DNA from: an uncultured Chloroflexia bacterium
GTDB taxonomy: Bacteria; Chloroflexota; Limnocylindria; Limnocylindrales; CSP1-4
Assembly (NCBI GenBank): GCA_963817245.1
Contig: CAWFNQ010000002.1
Span: forward strand, 35,281 to 99,280
Length of the DNA: 64,000 nucleotides
Reading direction: 5' to 3'
Part shown: one piece after another, positions 1-8,479 of the stretch
Layout: each line of letters opens with the position of its first letter
Numbering within the stretch: position 1 is the stretch's first letter
The notes under the pieces: model-generated
Seen by the model: the letters and a program-made list of their open reading frames with translations, nothing else
Told to the model about the DNA's origin: nothing
Databases searched by the model: none
Translations under genes and position numbers: made by a program

Positions 1-197
1 ACCGGCCGGACCGGCTCGAGGTGGGATGGGTGCTCATGGTCCTGCCGAACCAGCAGGTCGACCCGGAGAACCTGCCGACCCTGTCGCCGGTGCCGACCCC
101 GACGCCGCGCTCGTCCCCGTCCGGCGCCGCCCCGAGCGAGACGCCCGCGACCTAGCCGGGCGCCGCCGGCGGTCTCGAATGCCCGCGCCCGTCCTGC

Positions 198-1064
198 TCA
201 ATTCGAGGCGAGATCGATGAGGAATGGCGGCGTCCAGAGCTGCGAGTCGTGATCCCGCATCCACGCCGAGCGCCGTGATGAGGACCAGCAGGCCCGCGAA
301 GAGCACGCGATGACCAGCCAGTCGAGCCGCTCGTAGGCGAGGTGGCGCAGCCAGGTCCGTCGCGAGGTCCCGAAGGCGCGGAGGTCCATCGCGTCGATCG
401 TGTCCTCGGCGCCGGCGATCGCGTTGACCACGGTCGGGACCACGAGCGGGACCGAGTTGCGCAGGCGGCCGATGACACCCGCCGCCCCCTCGCTCCAGTC
501 GAAGCCGCGGATGCGCTGGGCATCGGCGGTGGTCTGGAGGTCCGCGGCGAGCGATGGGCAGGAATCGGAACGTCAGGTCGATCCCGTACGGCGAACTTCT
601 CCGGTACGCCGAGGCGGTGGAAGGCCACCCCGAAGTCGGCCGGCGCCACCGCGAACGCGAGGGGGAAGCCGATCGTCGCCATCGCCAGGTAGCGCATCAG
701 CTGGGTGACGGCGAGGCTGATCGACTCGGCGGAGATGGGCGTGCCCAGGAGGGGCATATAGAAGAGCACGTGGGTCTCGCCCGGCGGGATGCCCTCGACG
801 TTGCCGCCCGCGATGATCACGTTGACGGTGACGAGGAAGCCGATGAAGACGAAGACGATGGTCCAATTCCGTCGGACTCTGCCGCCACGGGATCCCGGCG
901 AGGCGGTAATAGGCCACCGAGATCAGGAGCAGACCGAAGACGACGCGCCCGTCCCAGACCTGCAGGACGGTGAAGATGAAGAAGACGATGACGAGGATGA
1001 GGACGCGAGGGTCGCGGCGTGCCAGCCACGACCCTCGGCCCAGATATCGCGGAGCGATATTCAC
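198..1064 (-). pseudogene. ecfT: ECF transporter transmembrane (T) component, EcfT/CbiQ family; reading frame broken several times
   Basis: Three minus-strand ORF pieces (573-1064, 152-820, 198-443) read consecutively as one EcfT-like protein. N-term is MNIAPRYLGRGSWLARRDPRVLILVIVFFIF. Middle is IIAGGNVEGIPPGETHVLFYMPLLG...FHRLGVPEKF. C-term by hand translation is SLAADLQTTADAQRIRGFDWSEG...VVNAIAGAEDTIDAMDLRAFG. At least 3-4 frame changes. GTG start at 1064. Confidence 0.75.
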
Positions 1065-1078
1065 GGTGTCGGCGGAGG

Positions 1079-1684
1079 TCAGCGCCCGAGGCGCTCCTTG
1101 AGCGGTTCCCAGGCGTACACGAGGATCGGCACGAGGATGATCGTGCCGATGAGGTCACCGACGATGACCGGGATGTAGACGGTCGTCAGGATGGTCCCGA
1201 ACGTCCAAGCCCTGACCAGGATCGCATCGGTGAAGACGAACAGGAAGCCGATCACGACGCCGATGGACCCAGCGATGGCGCCGCCGATCGCTCGCTGTCG
1301 GATATTGCCCGCGACCCAACTCGCGAGATAGAGGGGAGCGAGACCTGCGATCAGGCCGACGAAACCGTTGGCGAGGCTCCAATTCCAGGACGTGAGGGCG
1401 CCCTAGCCGGAGATCTGATCGCCGATGGCATTGCCGACGAAGCCGGTGAAGAAGCCGACGATCGGCCCGAACGCGTAGCCGAAGAACGGCACGAGGGCGA
1501 ACGCCGGACGGACCGAGACGGTGCTGCCCGGGATCGGGATCTGTGCGACGAGCAGGATCCCGTACAGGGCCGCGCCGACCGCGGAGTAGACGATGACGCG
1601 TGAGGTGACTTCCCACAGCCGATTGCTGCTCGGTTGCGCAGTCAGGGTGGACATGCTTCCTCCCATGGGTATCTCAAGGGACAC
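1079..1684 (-). pseudogene. ECF transporter substrate-specific (S) component interrupted by one in-frame TAG
   Basis: ORF 1403-1684 (...VSVRPAFALVPFFGYAFGPIVGFFTGFVGNAIGDQISG*) continues in the same frame after TAG (1403-1405) as GALTSWNWSLANGFVGLIAGLAPLY...ILVPILVYAWEPLKERLGR*. The whole protein is a multi-TM S-component-like protein lying between the ATPase and T genes. Confidence 0.7.
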
Positions 1685-1693
1685 GCCGACGAG

Positions 1694-3482
1694 TCAGGAC
1701 GCGGTCAATACCCTGCCCGGGCCTCCTTCCGATCCCCGAGCCGCTTCCGGACCTTGGGCGACGATCCGGCGTGCCAGCGTCTCGGCATCCAGGAACCCCT
1801 CCCCCGGCACTCGATACCGGAGGTTGGCCTGTATCAGCGACGTGAACCGTAGGTTGCAGGCGCGCCAGCGATCTGCATCCGTGATCACATCGACCGGAGG
1901 ACCGTCGGCCACGACCCGACCGTCCCTGAACAGAAGGATACGGTCTGCATACGTCAATGCAAGGTCTGCGTCATGCGTGACGAGGTACAGGCTGCGCAGC
2001 CCTGGGATGGCCACGACGGCACGCATGAACGCGTTTGCCGTCCGGTGATCCTGGCCGGCCGACGGTTCGTCGAGGATCAGGGTCGGCGGGCGGAGGGCGA
2101 GGGCGATGGCGAGCGCCAGCCGCTTCTGCTGTCCGAACGAGAGCGCCAGGGGTGGCCGCTCCTCGATCTCCTCGATCGTGTCGAGGGCCGTACGCCTGAG
2201 GCAGTCCTCCAGCAAGGCATCGAAGGTCGCCGGGTCACGCTTCATGTTCTGCGGACCGAACAGGATCTCCTCGCGGACCGTCCTTGAGAAGAGCATCTGG
2301 CTGGGGCTCTGGAAGACGTAGCCGAACTCGGTGGCGAGCTGGGCCGTCTTGCGCGTCCCCATCGCTGCGCCGTCGATGAGGATCGCGCCGTCGGTGACGG
2401 GGAGCAGCCGCATGGCGGTGCGGAACAGCGTGGTCTTGCCCGAGCCGTTCGGGCCGAGCACGGCGACGATCTCGTCGGGCCCCAGGCTGGCATCGACGCC
2501 GCGCAGGACCTCGTAGCCGTCGATGGCGGCACGAACGGCGCTGAACCTGAGCCGGTCGGTCGAGGCTCCAGCCGCTGTGGTCGGCGTAGCCGGATCCGGC
2601 GTCTCGTTGGGGGCCGCCCGCGCCAGCCCGGCGTCGACGGTCGGCGTCTTTCGCTCGCGTTCGAGGATGACCTCGAACGGCAGCTTGACCGCGTCGCGGG
2701 TCGGCCATCGTCAGGAAGCCGTCGATCGGGCCGAGGTAGCGAGTCCGGCCCTCATCGAGATACAGGATCGCGGTCGGGCCGCAGGTCGAGCGCCTCCTCG
2801 ACCCGGTGCTCGACGATGAGGATGGCGTTGCCCTCGTCGGCAAGGGCCCGGAGCATCGCGAGGAGTCGTTCCGCCGTCGCCGGGTCGAGGTTGGCCAGCG
2901 GCTCGTCGACGACGTAGACGCGAGGCCGCATCATCAGGATCCCGGCCACCGCCAGCAGCTGCCGCTCGCCGCCGGACAGCTGGTGGGTCTCGCGGCCGAC
3001 GAGCGACTCGATCCCGCGCCTGCTTGGCGACCTCGCGGATCCGGTCCCGGATCTGCTCGCGCGGGACGCCCATGTTCTCGGGCCCGAACGCCAGCTCGGC
3101 CTCGACCGTCGCTCCCACGATCTGCTTCGCTGGGTCCTGCAGGACGGTCCCGATCGTCCGCCCGATGTCGCGCAGCTTCGCCTCGGTCGTGAAGCGCGCC
3201 GGCGACCCGGACGGTCCCGGAGAGCTCGCCCGGGTAGGCGTGGGGGATCAGGCCGTTGATCGCCCGGATGAGGGTGCTCTTGCCGCAGCCCGACGGACCC
3301 GCGACGAGCAGCACCTCGCCTGGGTGGATCGTGAGCCCGATGTCCCAGATGGCCGGCTCGGTGGCCCGCCGATAGCGGAAGGTGAGGCCCTCGATCTCGA
3401 CGAGCGGCGCGGGCGCATCGGTCGCGGTCGCGGTCGCGGTCACGGGAGCGCGTGGGTCGGGCCGGGCCTCGGCGTCAGCCAC
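1694..3482 (-). pseudogene. Fused duplicated ECF/ABC ATPase (EcfA1-EcfA2-like, two nucleotide-binding domains), about 4 frame changes
   Basis: Domain 1 has Walker A GPSGCGKST (ORF 2934-3482), then VEAELAFGPENMGVPREQIRDRI (2711-3118), then Walker B VYVVDEPLANLD...ILIVEHR (2752-2949). The linker was hand-translated (DAVKLPFEVILERERK...). Domain 2 has GPNGSGKTT, LSFGQQKRLALA and LILDEPSAGQD (1694-2461). The pieces lie in four different frames. Confidence 0.8.
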
Positions 3483-3485
3483 GGC

Positions 3486-4313
3486 TCAAGCCGGGCGGAT
3501 GCGGACCGGTCGGTCGACGACGAGACCAAGGCGTGCGGCCGCGTCGCCCTGGTTGTCGGCCAGGGAGAGGTGCCCCTCCGAGTCGGCCATGAGCAACGAG
3601 GCGCCGACCGGCACGCGGCCGAACGTCCGCTCCCAGATGGTCCGTTCCGTGACGGCGGGGGCGCCGTCATGGGCCGCGAACTCGAGGACGAGCGCCCGCC
3701 CGGGGATGAGCGGTCCGATGGCGTTGGCCAGGTCGGCGGCGGTGCCGGCGATGGTCACGTTCCCGAAGATCAGCACGTGGACGATCACCGACTCGAGCGC
3801 GCCGTCGACCGCGGTCGGGGTCGGCTCGGTCAGCCGGTGGAGGTCCGCGACGGGGATCGTGTGACCCACGGACTCGTACGGCACGCCGGCCGCGAGGTGC
3901 CCGGCCATCGGGGCGAAGATGTCGCGCCCGTGGAAGCTGTTCGAGATGACCGGTCGCATCAGGTCGCGGTTCTCGAGCGCTCGCGCCTCGACGATGCCGC
4001 CGATGGCCTCGGCGCCCGCGATGAGGAGGCCGTTGTCGGGGCCGATGACCACGTCGCCGCGACCCGTGAGCAGCGCGACCGGCAACCGCTCCGTGCCGAC
4101 GCCCGGGTCGACGACCGCCACGTGGGTGCCCACCGGCATGTGCGGCAGGGCGAATTCAAGGGTCCTCGCGCCCTCGCGGATCGAGTACCTCGGGACCTGG
4201 TGGCTGATGTCGATGATGTTCGCGTCGGGGCAGATCTGGAACATCACCCCGCGGCAGACGGCCGGCGCCGAGGGTCCGAAGTCGGTGGTGAAGGAGATGA
4301 CGGGTCGTGCCAT
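3486..4313 (-). CDS. S-adenosyl-L-methionine hydroxide adenosyltransferase (SAM hydrolase, DUF62; fluorinase/chlorinase-related fold)
   Basis: MARPVISFTTDFG...DISHQVPRYSIREGA...VDPGVGTER...SFHGRDIFAPMAGHLA is typical of the DUF62 family. ATG at 4313. The stop is 3 nt before the GTG of the ECF ATPase. Confidence 0.8.
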   Translation of the reverse strand: MARPVISFTTDFGPSAPAVCRGVMFQICPDANIIDISHQVPRYSIREGARTLEFALPHMPVGTHVAVVDPGVGTERLPVALLTGRGDVVIGPDNGLLIAGAEAIGGIVEARALENRDLMRPVISNSFHGRDIFAPMAGHLAAGVPYESVGHTIPVADLHRLTEPTPTAVDGALESVIVHVLIFGNVTIAGTAADLANAIGPLIPGRALVLEFAAHDGAPAVTERTIWERTFGRVPVGASLLMADSEGHLSLADNQGDAAARLGLVVDRPVRIRPA

Positions 4314-4364
4314 GCGCGGGATGGTACCCAAAGCGAGGACACGCCCTGATCCGCCCCGATACGT

Positions 4365-4403
4365 GCCGAAGCGGCGCCGGGAGGAGGCTCGGCGCCGCGT
4401 CGA
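4365..4403 (-). repeat. Single GC hairpin with 10-nt loop (plus strand GGAGGAGGCT, minus strand AGCCUCCUCC); copy C of the repeated hairpin family
   Basis: GCGGCGCCG (4371-79) / CGGCGCCGC (4390-98) form a perfect 9-bp stem. The loop and flanks match the hairpin-2 module at 4944-65 and 5675-96. It lies just 3' of the minus-strand gene 4417-4773. Confidence 0.5.
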
Positions 4404-4416
4404 GCCTGCCCGAGCT

Positions 4417-4773
4417 TCAGGGCGAACGGCTCGGCCGAGGCCCGATGTCCCAGTAGTCACCGGCGCACATCTTGTCGCGGCGGGCAACCTCAGTGCCAGA
4501 AGGGTCAAGCGCGACCAGCAAAACGTCGGAACACCCGTCGCTGTAGCTGCCGAAGGTGATTGACGCCCCGGGCGGAATGGGCTCTGTGAGCACCCCCTGA
4601 CGACGCCCATCGTCTACACGGGAGATGGTGATCGGCGTCTCGGTGTAGTTGTTGACGTAGGCACCCGTGAAGCGATCTACCTGCCAGCAGGCCGCGACGG
4701 AGACCGACACCATCAGCAGGCCGATCCCGGCGGTCTGGAAGCGGATCCTCACGCGCCGATCTTCCGCACCCAC
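4417..4773 (-). CDS. Hypothetical membrane-anchored or secreted small protein
   Basis: 118-aa ORF with an N-terminal hydrophobic segment (AGIGLLMVSVSVAAC), a protein-like remainder (YVNNYTETPITISRVDDGRRQGVLTEPIPPGASITFGSY) and high GC3. Confidence 0.5.
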   Translation of the reverse strand: MGAEDRRVRIRFQTAGIGLLMVSVSVAACWQVDRFTGAYVNNYTETPITISRVDDGRRQGVLTEPIPPGASITFGSYSDGCSDVLLVALDPSGTEVARRDKMCAGDYWDIGPRPSRSP

Positions 4774-4885
4774 AGCCCGTCGGTCAAGGATCCGAGTTCG
4801 CCCAACAGGCTCTGAGACGGATGGCGACCGCGGCTGCCATGTAACGACCAGCCGAGCCGGAGCGACCGGGCGGCCCAGGAACGAC

Positions 4886-4972
4886 GTGACCCCCGGCTCG
4901 GGAGGAGGTTCGAGCCGGAGGTCATGTCTGCCGATGCAGCATCGCGCCTAGAGGAGGCTCGGCGCCGCTCAG
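4886..4972 (-). ncRNA. Two-hairpin element with CCUCCUCC-type loops (6C-motif-like), copy A; strand assignment tentative
   Basis: Hairpin 4888-4923 has a 13-bp stem with 1 mismatch and plus-strand loop GGAGGAGGTT. The second hairpin is GCGCC(4944-48)/GGCGC(4961-65) with loop TAGAGGAGGCTC. It is homologous to 5610-5706 with compensatory stem changes. Confidence 0.45.
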
Positions 4973-5032
4973 GGGCCCGATGCCGGCACAAGTCACCTTG
5001 CGGGAGATGCGTCCTCGCTCGATATTTCATCC

Positions 5033-5587
5033 GTGGCTCGTCAGGTTGGCCGCCCGTGGATCGCCTTCGCCGTGGTGTTCCTGATCGCGACGACGGTCTT
5101 GGCGTGTTCACGAGGCCCCAACCCACCGGCCCCGGCCGAGGACCTCACGCCAACCATCGTCGGTGTGATCACCGGGTCGAGCGGGCTTCCGGTCGGACTA
5201 CGCGGCGGCAAGACGTTCGACCCGCCGCCGGGAAGCGTCGTCGGGCGCATCAAGAACTGGCCCGCTGGCGATATCTATGAACCCGACGGATTGCCGATCG
5301 GCGGGCTGCTGCTCGGCGGCGAACGAGCGGACGGGTCGTGGTGGTACGAGCTCGCCGGGTTCTACGGCCCGACGAACGATGGGTGCTGGTCGATCTTCGG
5401 TGGGTCGTTCGATGAGGGCGACAGCGTCCGGCTCTCGTCAGGACTGCGGCTGCCGAAGGCCCCGGAGTTCGCGATCCGCACACATGGACACGACGATGTC
5501 GACTGGTTCCCGGGTCACCAGGACGACAGCATCTGCGTGGACGAGCAGGGCCGGGCCGTCTACTTCGATGCCTTCATCGGCGCGTGA
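5033..5587 (+). CDS. Hypothetical lipoprotein
   Basis: 184-aa ORF with signal peptide plus lipobox (AFAVVFLIATTVLAC-S) and a protein-like mature part. Confidence 0.65.
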   Translation: MARQVGRPWIAFAVVFLIATTVLACSRGPNPPAPAEDLTPTIVGVITGSSGLPVGLRGGKTFDPPPGSVVGRIKNWPAGDIYEPDGLPIGGLLLGGERADGSWWYELAGFYGPTNDGCWSIFGGSFDEGDSVRLSSGLRLPKAPEFAIRTHGHDDVDWFPGHQDDSICVDEQGRAVYFDAFIGA

Positions 5588-5609
5588 CTGGCGCCTGGTA
5601 GCCGGCACG

Positions 5610-5706
5610 AGAAACGGATGACCCCGGTCCGGGGAGGAGGTTCCGGACCGGGGTCATGTTGCCGATGCAGCGTTGCGCCTGGAGGAGGCTCGGCGCCGCT
5701 TCGGCG
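5610..5706 (-). ncRNA. Two-hairpin element with CCUCCUCC-type loops (6C-motif-like), copy B; strand assignment tentative
   Basis: A perfect 15-bp stem ATGACCCCGGTCCGG/CCGGACCGGGGTCAT (5618-5657) encloses GGAGGAGGTT. The second hairpin is at 5675-5696 with loop TGGAGGAGGCTC. On the minus strand the strong hairpin is followed by CCGUUUCU. Confidence 0.5.
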
Positions 5707-5762
5707 GTTTGGCCCGGGCGACGGGAGGAGGGATTCGCCGCCCAGGCCGATGGATGCAGGGA

Positions 5763-6134
5763 TCAGTGCGGGCGGGTGGGACCTCCGTCCTTGCGGCCGA
5801 AGCGTCCGGACCGCTGGAGCTCCCGCAGGAAGAGCAACTCGTTGATCTGGCGGATGGACCAGTGGGCTCCCTCGATCGGGATGCCGCACATGAATGCGGT
5901 CAGGTTGGCGGCTTCCTCAGGCGTCAGGCCGAGGGCCGTCAGCGTCCGGTAGGTCCGCTTCGGAGCGGGCGTCGCGGCTGCCGTCGCCCGCTGCCGGCTC
6001 GTCCTCGAGCCGCGGGACGGCGTGGATCCGGGACCAGCTGCGACCCCGGAGGGCACCGACGGAGTTCCCCATGACGAGGCGCGGCGAGATGGTCGCCCGT
6101 GTCCCCGTGAGCCTCGCGGTACCTGGCCGGCCAT
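5763..6134 (-). CDS. Hypothetical protein; only the C-terminal ~65 aa look convincingly coding and the start is uncertain
   Basis: This is the tail of the 511-aa ORF: ...YRTLTALGLTPEEAANLTAFMCGIPIEGAHWSIRQINELLFLRELQRSGRFGRKDGG*. GC3 is high only in this part. The ATG at 6134 is the nearest start. The rest of the 511-aa ORF is judged spurious. Confidence 0.35.
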   Translation of the reverse strand: MAGQVPRGSRGHGRPSRRASSWGTPSVPSGVAAGPGSTPSRGSRTSRQRATAAATPAPKRTYRTLTALGLTPEEAANLTAFMCGIPIEGAHWSIRQINELLFLRELQRSGRFGRKDGGPTRPH

Positions 6135-6293
6135 GGCGCAATCGGAACCCCCGGTCCTGTCCTCGACACCCACCGGAGACCCGGTGGGGTTTCGCGCATG
6201 GTCCGGTGACAGCCTGCGCCGTCGCGATGACCCGGCGGTCCGGGGGACCCCGGTACTTGCGGCCACATGGCCGTCGGTCGGTAGACTCCGCCC

Positions 6294-7478
6294 GTGCGTG
6301 TCCGCCGGTTCGAACTTCGCCTCGTCGGTGCGGCCCTCGTGGCCGGCTGGACGATCGCGGCCGGGTTGGTGCTGTTGGCCTACCGCCCCGGCGGACCCCT
6401 TGACGTCCTCGTCGGGCTGACGCTGGCCGTCCCCATCGCGATCGCCACGGCCGGGACGATCTGGCCGCCCGTGGCCCGCGGCAGCGTCGCGTTCGCCAGC
6501 ATGGTCTGGCTCGGGATCGGTGCGCTCCTGTGCCTCGTCCCGTCCATCGCGGGCCTGATCGACCAGCTCCAGGCGCTCGGCTCGCAGACGTTGCTGCCCT
6601 CGTTCGAGGCCGCCTATCCATGGCTGATCGCGCTGATCGCGACCAGCCTGTTCAGCGGGTTCGGGATCAGCGGGCATGTCCGGGGTCCAGGCGCTCTTCG
6701 CCGGAGGCGGCTCGCCGACGGTGCCTTCATCGCGGTCCTCCTCACGATGTTCTCGGCCACGGTCTTCGCGGGGGCGGCGATGGCGAACGAGCTGGCCGTG
6801 AGGGACACCGTCCCGGCATCGTCCCGCTTCGGGCCGACGGGCCAGGATGCCTGGCCGCCGCTGTGCGACAGCCGGCTGTCGGCGGGACCCGCGGCGCGAC
6901 TGCAGTTCGACCTGAGTGCGACCGTCGACCTGCGACCGATCGGCACGGTCGACGGCAGCGGCACCCGCGCGGGCGCCGATTTCCGCTGGACCGGCTACGC
7001 CGCGACCGACCAGCAGTTCGCCCAGGTCGGCGCAGCCCGGATCGGCCAGGACGCCTGGACGCGCGAGCCGGGAAGGCCGTGGGTCGGGACCGTGACCGCG
7101 GCGGTCGAGAACGACACCCTCGATCTCCAGGTCCTCGATACCGCCCTGGCCGCCGGCAACCGGGCGACGGCCGAGGATCGCGGCGTCGACATCATCGAGG
7201 GGGCCCGGGCTCGGCGCTGCCGCGTCGCCGTCGACGGCACGACGTTCGCCGCCGCCTTCCCGCAGGTCCGCTGGCTCACCGGCAACGCGGACCTGCATCG
7301 CTGGCGCGGGCAGCTCGACTACTGGGTGTTCATGGACGGCGAACTCGGCCAGGTCGCCGGCAGCGCCAGCGGCGAGGCGGCCGGCATCCAGCCCGACACG
7401 ATCCTGGGCCAGGTGGACGTGAAGCTGACCGCGACGGACCGGAACCGCGATCTCGTCGTCGATCCTCCTGCCCCGTGA
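6294..7478 (+). CDS. Hypothetical polytopic membrane protein with a soluble C-terminal domain
   Basis: 394-aa ORF with several N-terminal TM segments (LVGAALVAGWTIAAGLVLLAY, LVGLTLAVPIAIATAG, WLGIGALLCLVPSIAGL, YPWLIALIATSLFSGFG, FIAVLLTMFSATVFAGAA), then a globular region. The stop overlaps the next gene's GTG (GTGA). Confidence 0.7.
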   Translation: MRVRRFELRLVGAALVAGWTIAAGLVLLAYRPGGPLDVLVGLTLAVPIAIATAGTIWPPVARGSVAFASMVWLGIGALLCLVPSIAGLIDQLQALGSQTLLPSFEAAYPWLIALIATSLFSGFGISGHVRGPGALRRRRLADGAFIAVLLTMFSATVFAGAAMANELAVRDTVPASSRFGPTGQDAWPPLCDSRLSAGPAARLQFDLSATVDLRPIGTVDGSGTRAGADFRWTGYAATDQQFAQVGAARIGQDAWTREPGRPWVGTVTAAVENDTLDLQVLDTALAAGNRATAEDRGVDIIEGARARRCRVAVDGTTFAAAFPQVRWLTGNADLHRWRGQLDYWVFMDGELGQVAGSASGEAAGIQPDTILGQVDVKLTATDRNRDLVVDPPAP

Positions 7479-8479
7479 CCGTCGACGACGAGACCGAGGA
7501 CCGGCGGAGCACCAAGCGCGACCGGCTCGCCCGGATGACCCGGCTGATGGGCATCCTCCAGGCCCACCCCGACGGCATGCGCACCGCCGACCTGGCCGAG
7601 CGCGTCGGCATGTCGGTCCGGACCGTCTATCGCGACCTCAAGGCCATCGACGACGAGATCGCCCCGTTGTGGGCCGAGGGCGGCCTGTGGGGCATCGACC
7701 GTGACGGGGCGTTCCTTCCGCCGCTCAAGCTGACCCAGGCCGAGGCGATGGCCGTCGTCCTCTCGGCCCGGCTCATGGTCCGCTACGCCGACAAGTACGA
7801 CCCGGACCTCGCGGCGGCCTTCGAGAAGCTGGCCGTCGGGCTGCCGCCGACCCTCGCCGAGTACGTCGAACGGACCCTCGACGTCATGACGACCGCGCCC
7901 CGCGACGAGCGATTCGCCACGAACGTCCGGCTCCTGACGAAGGCCTGGGCGGAGCGGCGGGTCGTGACGATCCACTACCGGCCGGCCCGCTACGAGGGCG
8001 GTGCCCAGCCGCGGCGGGCCACGGTCCGGCCGTATCTCATCGAGCCGTCGCTGCAGACCCACGCGCTCTATCTGATGGGCTACGACGAGGAGCGAGCGGC
8101 CGTCCGGACCTTCAAGATCGAGCGGATCGAGAGCGCGTCGCTGACCCCGCGGACGTTCGAGCGGCCCGATCCGGCGGCCACCACCGCGGACCTGCGGCGG
8201 GCCTGGGACATCATCGCGGACCAGGAGCCGACCGAGGTCGTCCTGCGCTTCGCGCCGGCCGTCGCGGCCCGGGTCGGCGAGACCCGCTGGCACCCGACCC
8301 AGGTCGTCGAGACCGAGCCGGACGGCTCCCTGCGCTGGCGCGCGACGGTCGCCGGGACCATCGAGATCCGGCTCTGGATCCTCTCGTGGGGCGACGATGT
8401 CGAGGTCCTCGAGCCCCCCGCGCTCCGCGCCGACGTTGCCGCCACACACCGGAGGGCTGCCAGCCGTTACCATTCCTAG
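7475..8479 (+). CDS. WYL-domain transcriptional regulator (HTH + WYL + WCX, YafY-like)
   Basis: This is the tail of ORF 6530-8479: RLARMTRLMGILQAHPDGMRTADLAERVGMSVRTVYRDLKAID (HTH_11-like), then ...RVVTIHYRPARYEGGAQPRRATVRPYLIEPSLQTHALYLMGYDEERAAVRTFKIERI (WYL-like). GTG at 7475 is in frame; ATG alternatives lie a few codons downstream. Confidence 0.8.
   Translation: MTVDDETEDRRSTKRDRLARMTRLMGILQAHPDGMRTADLAERVGMSVRTVYRDLKAIDDEIAPLWAEGGLWGIDRDGAFLPPLKLTQAEAMAVVLSARLMVRYADKYDPDLAAAFEKLAVGLPPTLAEYVERTLDVMTTAPRDERFATNVRLLTKAWAERRVVTIHYRPARYEGGAQPRRATVRPYLIEPSLQTHALYLMGYDEERAAVRTFKIERIESASLTPRTFERPDPAATTADLRRAWDIIADQEPTEVVLRFAPAVAARVGETRWHPTQVVETEPDGSLRWRATVAGTIEIRLWILSWGDDVEVLEPPALRADVAATHRRAASRYHS

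Noticed and set aside
1403-1405. Stop-codon reassignment (TAG read as sense) as an explanation for interrupted genes.
   Set aside because: I found only one in-frame TAG. All other interruptions are frame changes, and TAG is used as a normal terminator by several intact genes here, e.g. at 8477-79, 27917-19 (minus strand) and 37385-87.
5763-7298. The 511-aa minus-strand ORF treated as one gene.
   Set aside because: Only the last ~65-120 codons look protein-like with high GC3. The remainder overlaps the well-supported plus-strand membrane-protein gene 6294-7478 and reads as low-complexity sequence.
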